Shown here piece by piece: positions 45,397 through 60,116 of a stretch of DNA of 64,000 nt. Location of the stretch: assembly GCA_032249235.1 (NCBI GenBank), contig JAVVGF010000001.1, forward strand, positions 384,001 through 448,000. The letters are read 5' to 3'. How positions within the stretch are numbered: the stretch's first letter is position 1; each line of letters begins with the position of its first letter. Position numbers and translations under genes: made by a program. Origin of the DNA: Thermoproteota archaeon. GTDB lineage: Archaea > Thermoproteota > Thermoprotei > Gearchaeales > Gearchaeaceae. Under the pieces are notes generated by a model. It had not been told where the DNA came from and ran no database searches. It saw only the letters and a program-made list of their open reading frames with translations.

Positions 45397-47009
45397 TTTC
45401 TCTTTGTCTCGTATTTATATTCTAAAGCTGCTTTTAAAAAATGATAATAAGGTCTTGAAGGTCTATTTGGTCTAGATTTGAATTCAGGATGTGCTTGAGT
45501 CAGGAAATAAAATTGTCCATTAATTTCAGCAAATTCTGCTCTTCCATCTTTACTAAAACCTGAGAATATCATTCCATGCTTTGAAAGGATATCTATGTAT
45601 TTAGGATTCAATTCATATCTATGTCTATGTCTTTCATAGACAATTTTTTGTTCATAAATTCTATAAGCAAGAGTATTTTCTTTTATCTCTATTTCATAAG
45701 CCCCTAATCTCATTGTTCCGCCTTTCATGGTAATGTTTCTTTGTTCAGGCAATAAATCGATAACAGGATGCGGCGTATATGGATCTATCTCTGTACTATT
45801 TGCATTTTCAAGCTTGCAAACGTTTCTTGCAAATTCTACTATTGATAATTGAAAGCCGAAACAAATACCTAAAAGAGGTATTTTGTTTGTTCTTGCTATT
45901 TCTGCTGCTTTTATTTTACCTTCACTTCCTCTTGCACCAAAACCTGGCAAAATTATTATACCATCTGCTTCAAGTAAGCTATTTAGTGCTTCGTTTTCAT
46001 TTCTCTCAATATTCTCAGCCTCGATGAATAGATATTCGACTTTACTCCTCAAATGAAAACCTGCATGTTTTAAGGCTTCATTTATACTCACATATGCATC
46101 TGCTAGCTTCGAATATTTACCAACCATAGCGATCTTTAAATTATGTTTGGCATTGCTTGCTAAGTTTAGAATATTATTCCATTCATTCCAGTCAGGATCT
46201 CTTCTTTCTAATGCTAAAAGTCTTAAAAGTGCCTCAGACATCCCTTGTCTTTCCAATACTAAAGGTAACTCGTAAATATTCTCAAGCTCGAATGAATTGA
46301 ATACGAATTCTTCTTTCACATTTCCAAACAAGGCAATTTTTCTCTTAGCCTCTTGTGTTATGGGTTTTTCGCTTCTAGCAACAATTATATCAGGCTGAAT
46401 TCCTATTCTTCTTAATTCATTCACACTATGTTGCAAAGGTTTAGTTTTTTGTTCACCTGTAGCTTTAAGTGTAGGAACTAATGCTACATGAACGAATGCA
46501 ACATTGAATATGGGTTCTTCTAATTTCATTTGTCTTGCAGCTTCTAGAAAAGGTAGTCCTTCTATATCTCCTACCGTTCCACCTATTTCCACAATAGCAA
46601 TTTCTGCACCAGATTTGTAGCTACATTGCTTTATCCTTCTCTTTATTTCATCTGTAATATGAGGAATAATTTGTACACATTGTCCTAAGTAATCTCCTCT
46701 TCTTTCTTTGGTTATAACAGTTTCATAAATTTGGCCTGTAGTTATGTTATGTTCCCTAGTTAAGTTTATATCTAAAAATCTTTCATAATGCCCAATATCC
46801 ATATCTGTTTCGGCACCATCTTCAGTCACGAACACTTCACCATGCATATAAGGATTCATAGAACCGCTATCCATGTTTAAATAAGGGTCAATTTTTATAG
46901 CAGTTACTCTATACCCTCTAACTTGAAGAATTTTACCTATGGAAGATGTGATGATTCCTTTTCCTACAGAAGAAAGAACTCCACCTGTTATGAATATGTA
47001 TTTAGTCAT
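45393..47009 (-). CDS. pyrG: CTP synthase
   Basis: TKYIFITGGVLSSVGKG, EIGGTVGDIE, KTKPLQHSV, GICFG, HPE. Confidence 0.97.
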   Translation of the reverse strand: MTKYIFITGGVLSSVGKGIITSSIGKILQVRGYRVTAIKIDPYLNMDSGSMNPYMHGEVFVTEDGAETDMDIGHYERFLDINLTREHNITTGQIYETVITKERRGDYLGQCVQIIPHITDEIKRRIKQCSYKSGAEIAIVEIGGTVGDIEGLPFLEAARQMKLEEPIFNVAFVHVALVPTLKATGEQKTKPLQHSVNELRRIGIQPDIIVARSEKPITQEAKRKIALFGNVKEEFVFNSFELENIYELPLVLERQGMSEALLRLLALERRDPDWNEWNNILNLASNAKHNLKIAMVGKYSKLADAYVSINEALKHAGFHLRSKVEYLFIEAENIERNENEALNSLLEADGIIILPGFGARGSEGKIKAAEIARTNKIPLLGICFGFQLSIVEFARNVCKLENANSTEIDPYTPHPVIDLLPEQRNITMKGGTMRLGAYEIEIKENTLAYRIYEQKIVYERHRHRYELNPKYIDILSKHGMIFSGFSKDGRAEFAEINGQFYFLTQAHPEFKSRPNRPSRPYYHFLKAALEYKYETKRK

Positions 47010-47065
47010 AATAATGACTGAAATAAAACCAACAAATATATAAAATTTCAAATAAATAAAAAAGC

Positions 47066-48214
47066 ATGAAACTCGCTATTATTATATTCATTATCACTTT
47101 ACTCTCATATCCAATGCCAATCTCAGTCGTTGCTTCTGATTCGAATTCAATATTCTTCAAATATCTTGCTGATTTTCATTTCAGCGGGAATGTTACTTCA
47201 TCTCAGTACGGTTTTATAATCAAAACCCCATACGAAGGCAATTTATCTGGCTTATTAATGATTGAATTAAAACCAATAAATACGAGTTGTTATCAAGCTC
47301 TCTACAGATTTTCAGGTAAATTACATGTTAATTATAAGTTGCTAACCCCAAAAGAACTCTCCAGAGACTTGAATTTCTCAAATTCAACTATTTTATGCTC
47401 AATCAAAGATATTTGGAAGATAGTCACTTCGACAAGCCCAACAACTCAAACTTATAACTTCACTCGTTTCAGCTATAATTATGTTGTAAATTATAAAGGT
47501 GTAGTTACTAAAAACAATGTTCCTTCAGTATATCTTGCATCTTTCTTTAACTCTTCAGGAACTATTTTTGATAATAAATCTAAAACAGATTATTCAATGA
47601 TTTCTCTAGGAGATTATTATTTCAGCCTTGTTGAAAATATACCAATAGAATTCAAAATTAAGACATCAATTTACTTAAATTATACAACTCCACAATCAAA
47701 GAATGTGATCTTTTTAGATAGTCTTTCTTACATAACTTTAAATCAAACAAATTATAACCTAGAACAAATAAATAATTATAATGTATTGAATTTTAAGACA
47801 AATTTAGGAGTGAATTTTACGATTATAACAAATTCAACTGTACAAAGAATTTCAATCTCAGGGAGTAAATTAAGCATGCAGACTAACGGAACAGGCAAAG
47901 CTTTTCTAAGCATATTTTACGGAAAGCCAAATTTGGCAATTAGCTTAAAAAATATAGATGTTAAGATTAATGGCAAAAGCACGCAATATAATCTTCTATA
48001 TTTGTTAGATTATTCAATGATTAATTTGAAATATACTCAATCGGTAAATGAAATCGAGATTGATTTAGGTTCAAATGTTGGATTCTATAACTATACAGCT
48101 ATAAAATCTACCCAAGCTACTTCTCAACCTTTTGATTTCAGCATAATCATTATAGCGATCATTGCTTTCATACTCGCTCTGCTTGCTATATTCTTTTTAA
48201 GAAGAAGATATTAG
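47066..48214 (+). CDS. Secreted, C-terminally anchored cell-surface glycoprotein
   Basis: Signal peptide, many N-x-S/T sequons, C-terminal TM followed by RRRY. Confidence 0.75.
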   Translation: MKLAIIIFIITLLSYPMPISVVASDSNSIFFKYLADFHFSGNVTSSQYGFIIKTPYEGNLSGLLMIELKPINTSCYQALYRFSGKLHVNYKLLTPKELSRDLNFSNSTILCSIKDIWKIVTSTSPTTQTYNFTRFSYNYVVNYKGVVTKNNVPSVYLASFFNSSGTIFDNKSKTDYSMISLGDYYFSLVENIPIEFKIKTSIYLNYTTPQSKNVIFLDSLSYITLNQTNYNLEQINNYNVLNFKTNLGVNFTIITNSTVQRISISGSKLSMQTNGTGKAFLSIFYGKPNLAISLKNIDVKINGKSTQYNLLYLLDYSMINLKYTQSVNEIEIDLGSNVGFYNYTAIKSTQATSQPFDFSIIIIAIIAFILALLAIFFLRRRY

Positions 48215-48247
48215 CTTTAAATCGTTCTAAATTTATCTTATTGTGGA

Positions 48248-49264
48248 ATGCTCAGTGTAGTAGTAGGAGGAATGTTCGGAGACGAAGGTAAGGGAAAAAT
48301 AGTATCTTATTTATCTTTAAAAGACGATATTGATGTTGCAGCAAGAGCAGGTGTCGGAACAAATGCGGGTCACACTGTATCATACAATGGAAAAATCTTT
48401 AAGCTAAGACAAGTTCCTTCTGCATTCATAAATCAAAAAACATTATTATATATAGGAAGCGGTGTTCTTGTTGATCCTACAGTTTTTTTAAGCGAAGTTG
48501 AAAATTTGAAATTAAAAGGAAGGATTTGGATCGACTATAATTGTTCTGTCATACTTGAAGAACATAAAAATAGAGATAAAGGAGATCCACACCTATCTAA
48601 GACAATTGGTACTACTGGAACAGGATGCGGCCCTGCAATGGAAGATAGAGTAAAAAGAGTTGCAAAATTATGTAAGGATATTGATGTTTTTAAGGAATAT
48701 TTAGAAGATGTAGCATTGAGGATAAATGAAGCTTTAGATCAAAAAAAGAAAGTATTGATTGAAGGGACACAAGGAACATTTCTTTCCTTATATCATGGTA
48801 CATATCCTTATGTAACTTCTAAAGACACCACCGCTTCTTCTGCTTGTGCAGATGTAGGAGTAGGTCCTAAAAAAGTTGATGAGGTAATAGTTGTTTTCAA
48901 ATCATATATAACGCGTGTTGGAGGAGGGCCTTTAGAAGGAGAATTACCTTTTGAAAAAGTCAAAGAATTAAATCTTCTTGAATATGGTACCGTTACCGGA
49001 AGGCCTAGAAGAGTAGCGCTTTTCAATAAAAAATTAGCAAAAAGAAGCGTAATGCTCAATAGTGCTACTCAAGTTGCTATAACAAAAATTGATTGGTTAT
49101 TCAGAGAAGCATATAAGGTAAAAGAATATGAAAAATTGCCTTTGGAAGCAAGAAAATTTATTGAAGACATTGAAGCAGAAATAGGAGTACCTATAACTTT
49201 GATAGGTACAGGCGAAGATGTTTTCGACATGATAGATTTGAGAGATAAAAAATTGAGAAGATGA
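48248..49264 (+). CDS. purA: Adenylosuccinate synthetase (short archaeal form)
   Basis: GDEGKGK, NAGHT, EGTQG, GTYPYVTS, GTVTGRPRR. Confidence 0.96.
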   Translation: MLSVVVGGMFGDEGKGKIVSYLSLKDDIDVAARAGVGTNAGHTVSYNGKIFKLRQVPSAFINQKTLLYIGSGVLVDPTVFLSEVENLKLKGRIWIDYNCSVILEEHKNRDKGDPHLSKTIGTTGTGCGPAMEDRVKRVAKLCKDIDVFKEYLEDVALRINEALDQKKKVLIEGTQGTFLSLYHGTYPYVTSKDTTASSACADVGVGPKKVDEVIVVFKSYITRVGGGPLEGELPFEKVKELNLLEYGTVTGRPRRVALFNKKLAKRSVMLNSATQVAITKIDWLFREAYKVKEYEKLPLEARKFIEDIEAEIGVPITLIGTGEDVFDMIDLRDKKLRR

Positions 49265-50418
49265 AAATTCTTCACTTAACATGGGAATACCCTCCACGAA
49301 TCGTAGGAGGATTAGCAAGACATGTTTATTATCTTTCAAAAGAGCTAGCTAAGTTAGGTAATGATGTGTATGTGATTACTTTAGAATTTCCAAATGTTAC
49401 ACTTGATGAATATAAAGATAACTTGAGAATTCACAGAGTTAAAGTTGAATTAGCTTCGTATGACTTTTTAACATGGTGTTATGCCTTTAATCATTTCTTC
49501 GAGAAAAAAATTGCTTCGATAATACAAGATATAGATGTAATTCATGCTCATGATTGGCTTGTAGCTATTTCTGCGATAAGTGCTAAGTATTTTTTGAAGA
49601 AACCTCTTGTTGCTACAGTTCACAGTTTAGAGATTGGAAGAGTAGGATCATTATCTAATCCTTTATCTATAGTTATTGATAACATTGAATGGTGGTTAAC
49701 GTATGAAGCAAAATTTGTAATAACTACTTCAAATTTCATGAAAAATCAATTAATTGAACACTTTAGATTACCCTCAGATAAGATTTTTGTAATAAGCAAT
49801 GGAATTGATGAAGATGAATTCAATATAGAAATAAATAAAGATGAAATAAAAACTTCGCTAGGCTTCTCGAAAGAAAACAAGCTGGTTGGCTTTATAGGAA
49901 GAATAACAGAACAAAAAGGAATAAGATATTTCATTCAGGCCATTCCTCATATTCTTAATTATCATAAGGATGCTAGGTTTATTATAGTAGGAGATGGTTG
50001 GCAAATAAACGAAATGAAAGATCTTGCTAAGAAATTGAACGTTGACTGGGCAACAAAATTTACAGGTTATGTTAAAGATGAAGAACTTAAAAAAATACTA
50101 AAAAGCTTAGACGTAATAGTGATACCGTCAGTATATGAACCATTCGGAATAATTGCTTTAGAAGCAATGGTTTCAGGTGTGCCAATTGTAGCGAGTAATG
50201 TAGGAGGCTTAGCAGAAGTGATCGATGATGGTATTGATGGTTTAAAAGTTCCTCCAAGAAATCCTGAAGCAATAGCTCATGCTGTTAATGAATATCTTAC
50301 AAATGAATCTTTGAGAAATAAAATAATCGATAATGCAAGAAATAAATCAAAATTATTTAGCTGGTTTGAAATTGCTAAAAAAACTTTAGAAGTTTATTAT
50401 AAACTGAAAGATGTATAG
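49261..50418 (+). CDS. Glycosyltransferase family 4
   Basis: WEYPPRIVGGL, HAHDW, YEPFGIIALEAM. Confidence 0.92.
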   Translation: MKILHLTWEYPPRIVGGLARHVYYLSKELAKLGNDVYVITLEFPNVTLDEYKDNLRIHRVKVELASYDFLTWCYAFNHFFEKKIASIIQDIDVIHAHDWLVAISAISAKYFLKKPLVATVHSLEIGRVGSLSNPLSIVIDNIEWWLTYEAKFVITTSNFMKNQLIEHFRLPSDKIFVISNGIDEDEFNIEINKDEIKTSLGFSKENKLVGFIGRITEQKGIRYFIQAIPHILNYHKDARFIIVGDGWQINEMKDLAKKLNVDWATKFTGYVKDEELKKILKSLDVIVIPSVYEPFGIIALEAMVSGVPIVASNVGGLAEVIDDGIDGLKVPPRNPEAIAHAVNEYLTNESLRNKIIDNARNKSKLFSWFEIAKKTLEVYYKLKDV

Positions 50419-50647
50419 AGAACTATCGATTCATGAAAAAATATTAATGATACTAAATTCAAGGGGGGCAATACAATCAAATAAAGCGATGTCTTTTGAT
50501 GATTTGATCGGTGTAATAAAAGAAGATACTAGGATTATAGAAAAAGCAATTTTAGAGCTTATAAATGAAGGTTATGTCAATAAAGAAAATGATAGATTCT
50601 ACATAACAGAAAAAGGTATAATAAGATTGATGAGATCATTTAGCTAA
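50411..50647 (+). CDS. Small winged-helix protein
   Basis: ELINEGYV...FYITEKG wHTH signature. Confidence 0.65.
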   Translation: MYRELSIHEKILMILNSRGAIQSNKAMSFDDLIGVIKEDTRIIEKAILELINEGYVNKENDRFYITEKGIIRLMRSFS

Positions 50648-51144
50648 TGGCAGTCATACCAGTTGACGAATTAAAAAAATATATTAGCTGCGAGCTAGGA
50701 ATGGATGATAAGCAATATCAAATAAATGGCATAGATTTACGTGTTCATAAAATATATAAATTTGTTAGTTTCTCTTCATTTTTTAGCGACGAAGTTAAGC
50801 TTCCGTCTCTTGAAGAATTGAAAATAGAGTCTATTGAAGGACGTGAAGTTTTTGTTCTAGATAAAGGAGCATATTTAATAGAATTTTTCGAAACGATAGA
50901 AGTACCAAGCAATGCAGTAGGAATATGCTTCCCTAGATCTTCTTTATTGAGGTCAGGATGTGATTTGAGGACTGCACTATGGGATAGCGGATATAAAGGA
51001 AAGTCAAGGGCTTTATTAGTCGTTTATAATCCAATAATTATAGAAAAAGGTTCGAGAGTTGCGCAAATTATTTTTATAAGGACGGAAAAACCTGTTGAGC
51101 GTTCTTATTCAGGTCAATATCAACTTGAAGGAATTAAGAAATAA
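50647..51144 (+). CDS. dut: Trimeric dUTPase / dCTP deaminase family
   Basis: NGIDLR, PRSSL, WDSGYKG, RVAQ, YSGQYQ. Confidence 0.85.
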   Translation: MAVIPVDELKKYISCELGMDDKQYQINGIDLRVHKIYKFVSFSSFFSDEVKLPSLEELKIESIEGREVFVLDKGAYLIEFFETIEVPSNAVGICFPRSSLLRSGCDLRTALWDSGYKGKSRALLVVYNPIIIEKGSRVAQIIFIRTEKPVERSYSGQYQLEGIKK

Positions 51145-51185
51145 AACTCAAAGTTTATTTAGAAGATATAGCATGTTTTAATGAA

Positions 51186-55365
<4,180 letters not shown>

Positions 55366-55436
55366 TCAATCTTACTTCTCTTATCATTTATTTATACTTA
55401 AGTAAAAGTTAAATTGATCTTAATCTATTGGAGATT

Positions 55437-55901
55437 ATGACAAAAATAACAGAAGGACAAATAGCTCCTGATTTCACAGCAAAATCAATTAGGCGTGAAA
55501 ACTTTAGATTGTATGATGTATTGAAAGAAAACAAGTATACTATACTTTATTTCTATCCTAAAGATTTCACTATGGGTTGCACAAAGGAAGCTTGTAGCTT
55601 TAGGGATTATTATTCCTTAATAAGGAATCTTGGAGCAGAAGTTATTGGCGTAAGCTTAGATGATATAGAAACTCATAAATCGTTCGCAAAAGAGCATAAT
55701 CTTCAATTCGACTTAATTTATGATGAAGGTGGAAAGATTTCAGAACTTTATGGTGTTTTAAGGAGCATGTTTGGCAAGAAATTCGCTTCAAGGGTGACCT
55801 TCGTAATAGATAAAGACGGAAAAATAATCAAAGTATTCAATAAGGTTAATGCTGCTGATCACGGAAGAGAGATATATGAATTCTTAAAAAGCTTAGGATA
55901 A
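55437..55901 (+). CDS. bcp: Peroxiredoxin, BCP/PrxQ type
   Basis: FYPKDFTMGCTKEAC. Confidence 0.92.
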   Translation: MTKITEGQIAPDFTAKSIRRENFRLYDVLKENKYTILYFYPKDFTMGCTKEACSFRDYYSLIRNLGAEVIGVSLDDIETHKSFAKEHNLQFDLIYDEGGKISELYGVLRSMFGKKFASRVTFVIDKDGKIIKVFNKVNAADHGREIYEFLKSLG

Positions 55902-55934
55902 AATTTTAATAACTACATTAAGAAATATTCGTCG

Positions 55935-56411
55935 ATGTACGTTGAACAGGCGTTTCAAGAATTAGAAAAAGTACTCGCAGATTATGGAGTAAAGATCAAG
56001 AGCTCTAATGTCAATAGACATGTAGTCAATGATGTGTATCATGAAATGCTCAAAATAAAAGATGAATTAAAAGATGAAATAAAAAAATTAAATATTGTTA
56101 GAAGAAACATAGATAAAAAACTAAATTCAAAAGAGTTTATTTTTATAAAGAATAATTTTGAAATAACAGAAAAAGATCTTGACCCAGAAAGATATAAAAG
56201 CTTTGAGGAAATAAAATTTATTCTCGAAGCAAAGACCTATCATGCATACAATTGGGATAGTTTTTTAGAATATTGGTATTCATATTACGAAATAATGAAT
56301 AAAATAAAATATTTATTAAGTGAATTTAAAAATAAATTAAAATTAATAAATTATTATATGAATATAAAAGCTGATCCAACGCCTTTCATTGATGCTATCA
56401 TTAAAGAGTAA
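55935..56411 (+). CDS. Hypothetical protein
   Basis: 158-aa helical ORF filling the gap, co-oriented with neighbours. Confidence 0.65.
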   Translation: MYVEQAFQELEKVLADYGVKIKSSNVNRHVVNDVYHEMLKIKDELKDEIKKLNIVRRNIDKKLNSKEFIFIKNNFEITEKDLDPERYKSFEEIKFILEAKTYHAYNWDSFLEYWYSYYEIMNKIKYLLSEFKNKLKLINYYMNIKADPTPFIDAIIKE

Positions 56412-56446
56412 TTCAAATATATTTATGGCTTCAGATATTAAAGTAT

Positions 56447-58018
56447 ATGAGTGAAAAAATAACCTATGTTACTTTGCTTGCAGACGAGCGAATACATCCG
56501 AATTATGAAAAAGCTTTAAAAGAAGTTGAAAAAGAATTCGGAAAGCATCATCCCTTATATATCGGTGATGGTGAAATTTATTCATCTGAAGAATTTGAAA
56601 AAAGAAGTCCTATCGATACTAGAATTTTATTAGGATATTTCCAACAGGCAAATGTCAATCATATAAAGGAGGCTATTGAAGTAGCTAAAAAAGCATTTAA
56701 AGATTGGAGCTCATACGATTATAAAGAAAGGATAAGAATATTCAGAAAAGTAGCAGATACGATTGAGAAAAATCTCTATCATATCGCTGCATGGATAACT
56801 TATGAAGTAGGTAAAAATAGGTTAGAAGCAATTGCAGAAGTATATGAAGCAATCGATGCTATTAGATATTACTGCAAATTATATGAAGAAAACGAAGGTT
56901 ATGTTAAAAAAATGGGGCCTGGTGCTCCTGGTGAAATATGCTATAGCGTAGCTAAGCCATATGGCGTATGGGTTGTAATTTCTCCATTCAATTTCCCCTT
57001 TATGTTGGCAAATGGTATGTGCTTAGGTGCGCTATTAACAGGCAATACTGTAGTTTTTAAACCTACATCTGAAGCTCCGGTGGGAGGATTATTATTATAT
57101 AGAATGTATAGGGAAGGAGGCATTCCTGCTGGAGTCATTAATTATTTAACTGGACCAGGTTCTATTTTCGAAGATGAAATAACAAAGAACCAAGATATAG
57201 CAGGTATTGCTTTTACTGGGTCTAGAGAAGTAGGTATGAAGCTTTATCGTAAATTCACAGCAAATGCTCAATATCCAAAGCCTATTATACTTGAAACAGG
57301 AAGTAAAAATCCAGTAATCGTTACGAAGCATGCTGATTTAGATAAGGCTGTAGAAGGAATTGTTAGAGCTGCTTTCGGTTATTCAAATCAAAAATGTAGT
57401 GCTGCATCAAGGGTTTATGTGCAAAACGAAATAAAAGATATTTTCCTTCAAAAACTAATAGAAAGGACAAAGAAAATAGTTGTCGGAGATCCAAGGAAAA
57501 GAGAAACTTTCATGGGGCCCGTTATAAATAAAAGGGCGGTAGAAAATTACTCAAGATATATCGATGATGCAATTGTAGCTGGAGGAAAAATAATATATGG
57601 AGGAAAAGTTTTAAAAGAAGGAGATTTCGCTTATGGTTTTTATGTAGAACCTACAATAATTACCGATTTACCTCATAATCATTACTTATTTAAGCAAGAA
57701 CTATTCGTTCCTATTCTTCTAATTGATACCTTCAATACTCTAGATGAAGCGTTAGCTAAAGCAAATGATACAGAATATGGTTTAACTGCAGGAATATTTA
57801 GCGAAAAGGAAGAGGAGATAAAGTATTTCTTCGATAACATACAATTCGGAGTTGTTTATGCTAATAGAAGAGGTGGAGCAACGACAGGTGCATGGCCAGG
57901 AGCACAAACTTTTGTAGGATGGAAGGCTTCTGGTGCTACAGGAAAAGGTGTAGGAGGTCCTTATTATCTCTTGCAGTATTTAAGAGAGCAAGCTCAAACA
58001 GTAGTTAAAGAAAGTTGA
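56447..58018 (+). CDS. Aldehyde dehydrogenase, 1-pyrroline-5-carboxylate dehydrogenase-like
   Basis: ISPFNFP, FTGS, ETGSKN, QKCSAASR, YGLT, TTGA. Confidence 0.88.
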   Translation: MSEKITYVTLLADERIHPNYEKALKEVEKEFGKHHPLYIGDGEIYSSEEFEKRSPIDTRILLGYFQQANVNHIKEAIEVAKKAFKDWSSYDYKERIRIFRKVADTIEKNLYHIAAWITYEVGKNRLEAIAEVYEAIDAIRYYCKLYEENEGYVKKMGPGAPGEICYSVAKPYGVWVVISPFNFPFMLANGMCLGALLTGNTVVFKPTSEAPVGGLLLYRMYREGGIPAGVINYLTGPGSIFEDEITKNQDIAGIAFTGSREVGMKLYRKFTANAQYPKPIILETGSKNPVIVTKHADLDKAVEGIVRAAFGYSNQKCSAASRVYVQNEIKDIFLQKLIERTKKIVVGDPRKRETFMGPVINKRAVENYSRYIDDAIVAGGKIIYGGKVLKEGDFAYGFYVEPTIITDLPHNHYLFKQELFVPILLIDTFNTLDEALAKANDTEYGLTAGIFSEKEEEIKYFFDNIQFGVVYANRRGGATTGAWPGAQTFVGWKASGATGKGVGGPYYLLQYLREQAQTVVKES

Positions 58019-58236
58019 AAAAGAAGTATCCTAGAAACGAAGATATTAGAGAAGCAATAAGGAAATCTACATTTTATATAGGGCATCCTCACGATTTTCC
58101 TGATCATATAATGCAAACTCTAATTGATGAAGGATTTGATGTCTCATTTTTGAATAGAAGAAGAATATGGAGATTATATGAAGAAATGGTCAAAAAGAAG
58201 CAAATCGAAGATTTCCTAGACGTTGTGCTAAAGTAA
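58015..58236 (+). CDS. Hypothetical protein
   Basis: 73 aa, TTGA overlap with the upstream stop. Confidence 0.6.
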   Translation: MKKKYPRNEDIREAIRKSTFYIGHPHDFPDHIMQTLIDEGFDVSFLNRRRIWRLYEEMVKKKQIEDFLDVVLK

Positions 58237-59319
58237 TCATCTTTCTCTTTTTCCTTCTATAAACTCCTCTAACATTGTTCTTGCTATCTCATCTGGATAT
58301 TGAATAGGAGGCGATTTCATAAAGTATGCACTTGGACTGATTAAAGGTCCTCCTATTCCTCTGTCTAAAGCTAGTTTCATGCATCTTATAGCATCTATTA
58401 CAATGCCTGCAGAATTAGGAGCATCCCATACTTCTAATTTTAGTTCAATATTTATAGGAGCATCGCCAAATCCTCTTCCTTCAATTCTTATATATGCCCA
58501 TTTCCTTCCTTGAAGCCATTTAACATAATCGCTAGGACCAATATGAATGTTATCTTCCCCAATATCATATGGGATTAAAGAAGTAACAGCCTGAGTTTTA
58601 GATATCTTCTTAGATTCTAATCTTTCTCTTTCAAGCATGTTTAGAAAATCAGTATCTCCGCCTATATTCAGCTGGAATGTCCTATCTATTTTTATACCTC
58701 TATCAACAAACAATTTAACTAAGGTTCTGTGTAATATTGTAGCTCCCAATTGCGATTTAACATCATCTCCGATAATAGGAACATTTCTTTTATAAAATAT
58801 TTCTTGCCATCTTTTTTCTCTTGCAATGAAAACAGGTATGGCATTTATAAATCCTACTCTTGCTTCCAAGGCTTGTTCAACATACCATTTAGTCGCTGAT
58901 TCGCTACCTACTGGTAAGTAGTTGATTACGAGATCAGCTTGTGAACTCTTCAATACATCTGCAACATCTACTGTTGGTGATGGATGTTTCTCAATAATCT
59001 TTTGCAAATATTTTCCCAAACTATCATGTGTCATACCTCGCATAACTTCAACTCCTAATTTTGGTACTTCAGCAAATTTTATAGTACAATTAGGAGGTTG
59101 AAAAATAGCTTCGCTTAAATCCTTTCCTACCTTGTTCTTATCGATATCAAAGGCTGCCACAAATTCTATATCCCCAACATGATATCCTCCAAGTCTAACA
59201 TGCATCAAACCTGGTACGAACTTGTCATCATCAACGTTCTTGTAATAATGAACACCTTGAACTAAGGCGGAGGCAGAATTACCTACCCCGATAATTGCTA
59301 CTCTTATTTTTCTTTGCAT
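58237..59319 (-). CDS. ino1: myo-inositol-1-phosphate synthase
   Basis: [34 protein letters not shown]. Confidence 0.95.
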   Translation of the reverse strand: MQRKIRVAIIGVGNSASALVQGVHYYKNVDDDKFVPGLMHVRLGGYHVGDIEFVAAFDIDKNKVGKDLSEAIFQPPNCTIKFAEVPKLGVEVMRGMTHDSLGKYLQKIIEKHPSPTVDVADVLKSSQADLVINYLPVGSESATKWYVEQALEARVGFINAIPVFIAREKRWQEIFYKRNVPIIGDDVKSQLGATILHRTLVKLFVDRGIKIDRTFQLNIGGDTDFLNMLERERLESKKISKTQAVTSLIPYDIGEDNIHIGPSDYVKWLQGRKWAYIRIEGRGFGDAPINIELKLEVWDAPNSAGIVIDAIRCMKLALDRGIGGPLISPSAYFMKSPPIQYPDEIARTMLEEFIEGKRER

Positions 59320-59421
59320 AGGATAGTAAGTGAATATGCCTTTTTAAGTTTTTGAAGGTATAAAAATTCATATAAATAGATACAAAAAATTTAATTAGTG
59401 GTAATGCACTTCATTTTAAGA

Positions 59422-59685
59422 ATGTCAAAAGATAAGAGTAATGGATTTAATATAAAGGACTACATATTATACTTTGCAACGGTCGTTTTGTTGCTATTAT
59501 TATATTTGTATCTAGGAAATTTCGGCAACATCTTCGAACCAGTATCGCAGTCCACTGAAAAAATTGCTTTCATATATAAGGTAACGTATTATGCTGCAGG
59601 AGTTATCTTTTCTCTTTTCGTAGGGGCTTTAATATATTTTACTTTAAGATTTTGGGATAGAGGTGAGAAAGATGGGGTTAGCTAA
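59422..59685 (+). CDS. Cytochrome c oxidase subunit II, N-terminal transmembrane part (split gene)
   Basis: PVSQSTEKI...IFSLFVGALIYFTLRF resembles the CoxII TM1 region; directly upstream of the CuA gene. Confidence 0.65.
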   Translation: MSKDKSNGFNIKDYILYFATVVLLLLLYLYLGNFGNIFEPVSQSTEKIAFIYKVTYYAAGVIFSLFVGALIYFTLRFWDRGEKDGVS

Positions 59686-60115
59686 GATATTTGAATGGAC
59701 TACGATAATAGGAGCTTCTGCATTATTCTTAGCTCTATCAATCATTTCTGCTATAATACTATATCAAATAAATTATCCTTTGGCGTCTGCATCGGGCAAT
59801 AATAACAACAATAACTTTGAAACTATTAAGGTAGTTGCACATCAATTCTATTGGGAATTCAAGTATCCTAACGGTACTACAGCACCGAGTCTTAAGATAA
59901 AAGCTAATCAAATGTATTTGCTCGAAATAACTTCTGCAGATGTAATACATTCATTTTTCATTCCAGAATTAGGTTTAAAGCAAGATGCTTATCCTAATTA
60001 TACTACAAGAATATGGCTTAATATTACGCAACCAGGTATATATCATGTGTATTGTACTGAATATTGCGGTACAGGGCATCATACTATGATTACGATAATA
60101 ACTGTGGTGAGTTAA
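59672..60115 (+). CDS. coxB: Cytochrome c oxidase subunit II, CuA domain with one TM helix
   Basis: HQFYW, DVIHSF, CTEYCGTGHHTM; GAGGTGA RBS before ATG 59672. Confidence 0.9.
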   Translation: MGLAKIFEWTTIIGASALFLALSIISAIILYQINYPLASASGNNNNNNFETIKVVAHQFYWEFKYPNGTTAPSLKIKANQMYLLEITSADVIHSFFIPELGLKQDAYPNYTTRIWLNITQPGIYHVYCTEYCGTGHHTMITIITVVS

Positions 60116-60116
60116 G

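Noticed and set aside
59798-59815. Short aat/aac run encoding poly-Asn in CoxII
   Set aside because: Low-complexity in-frame linker; no sign of phase variation
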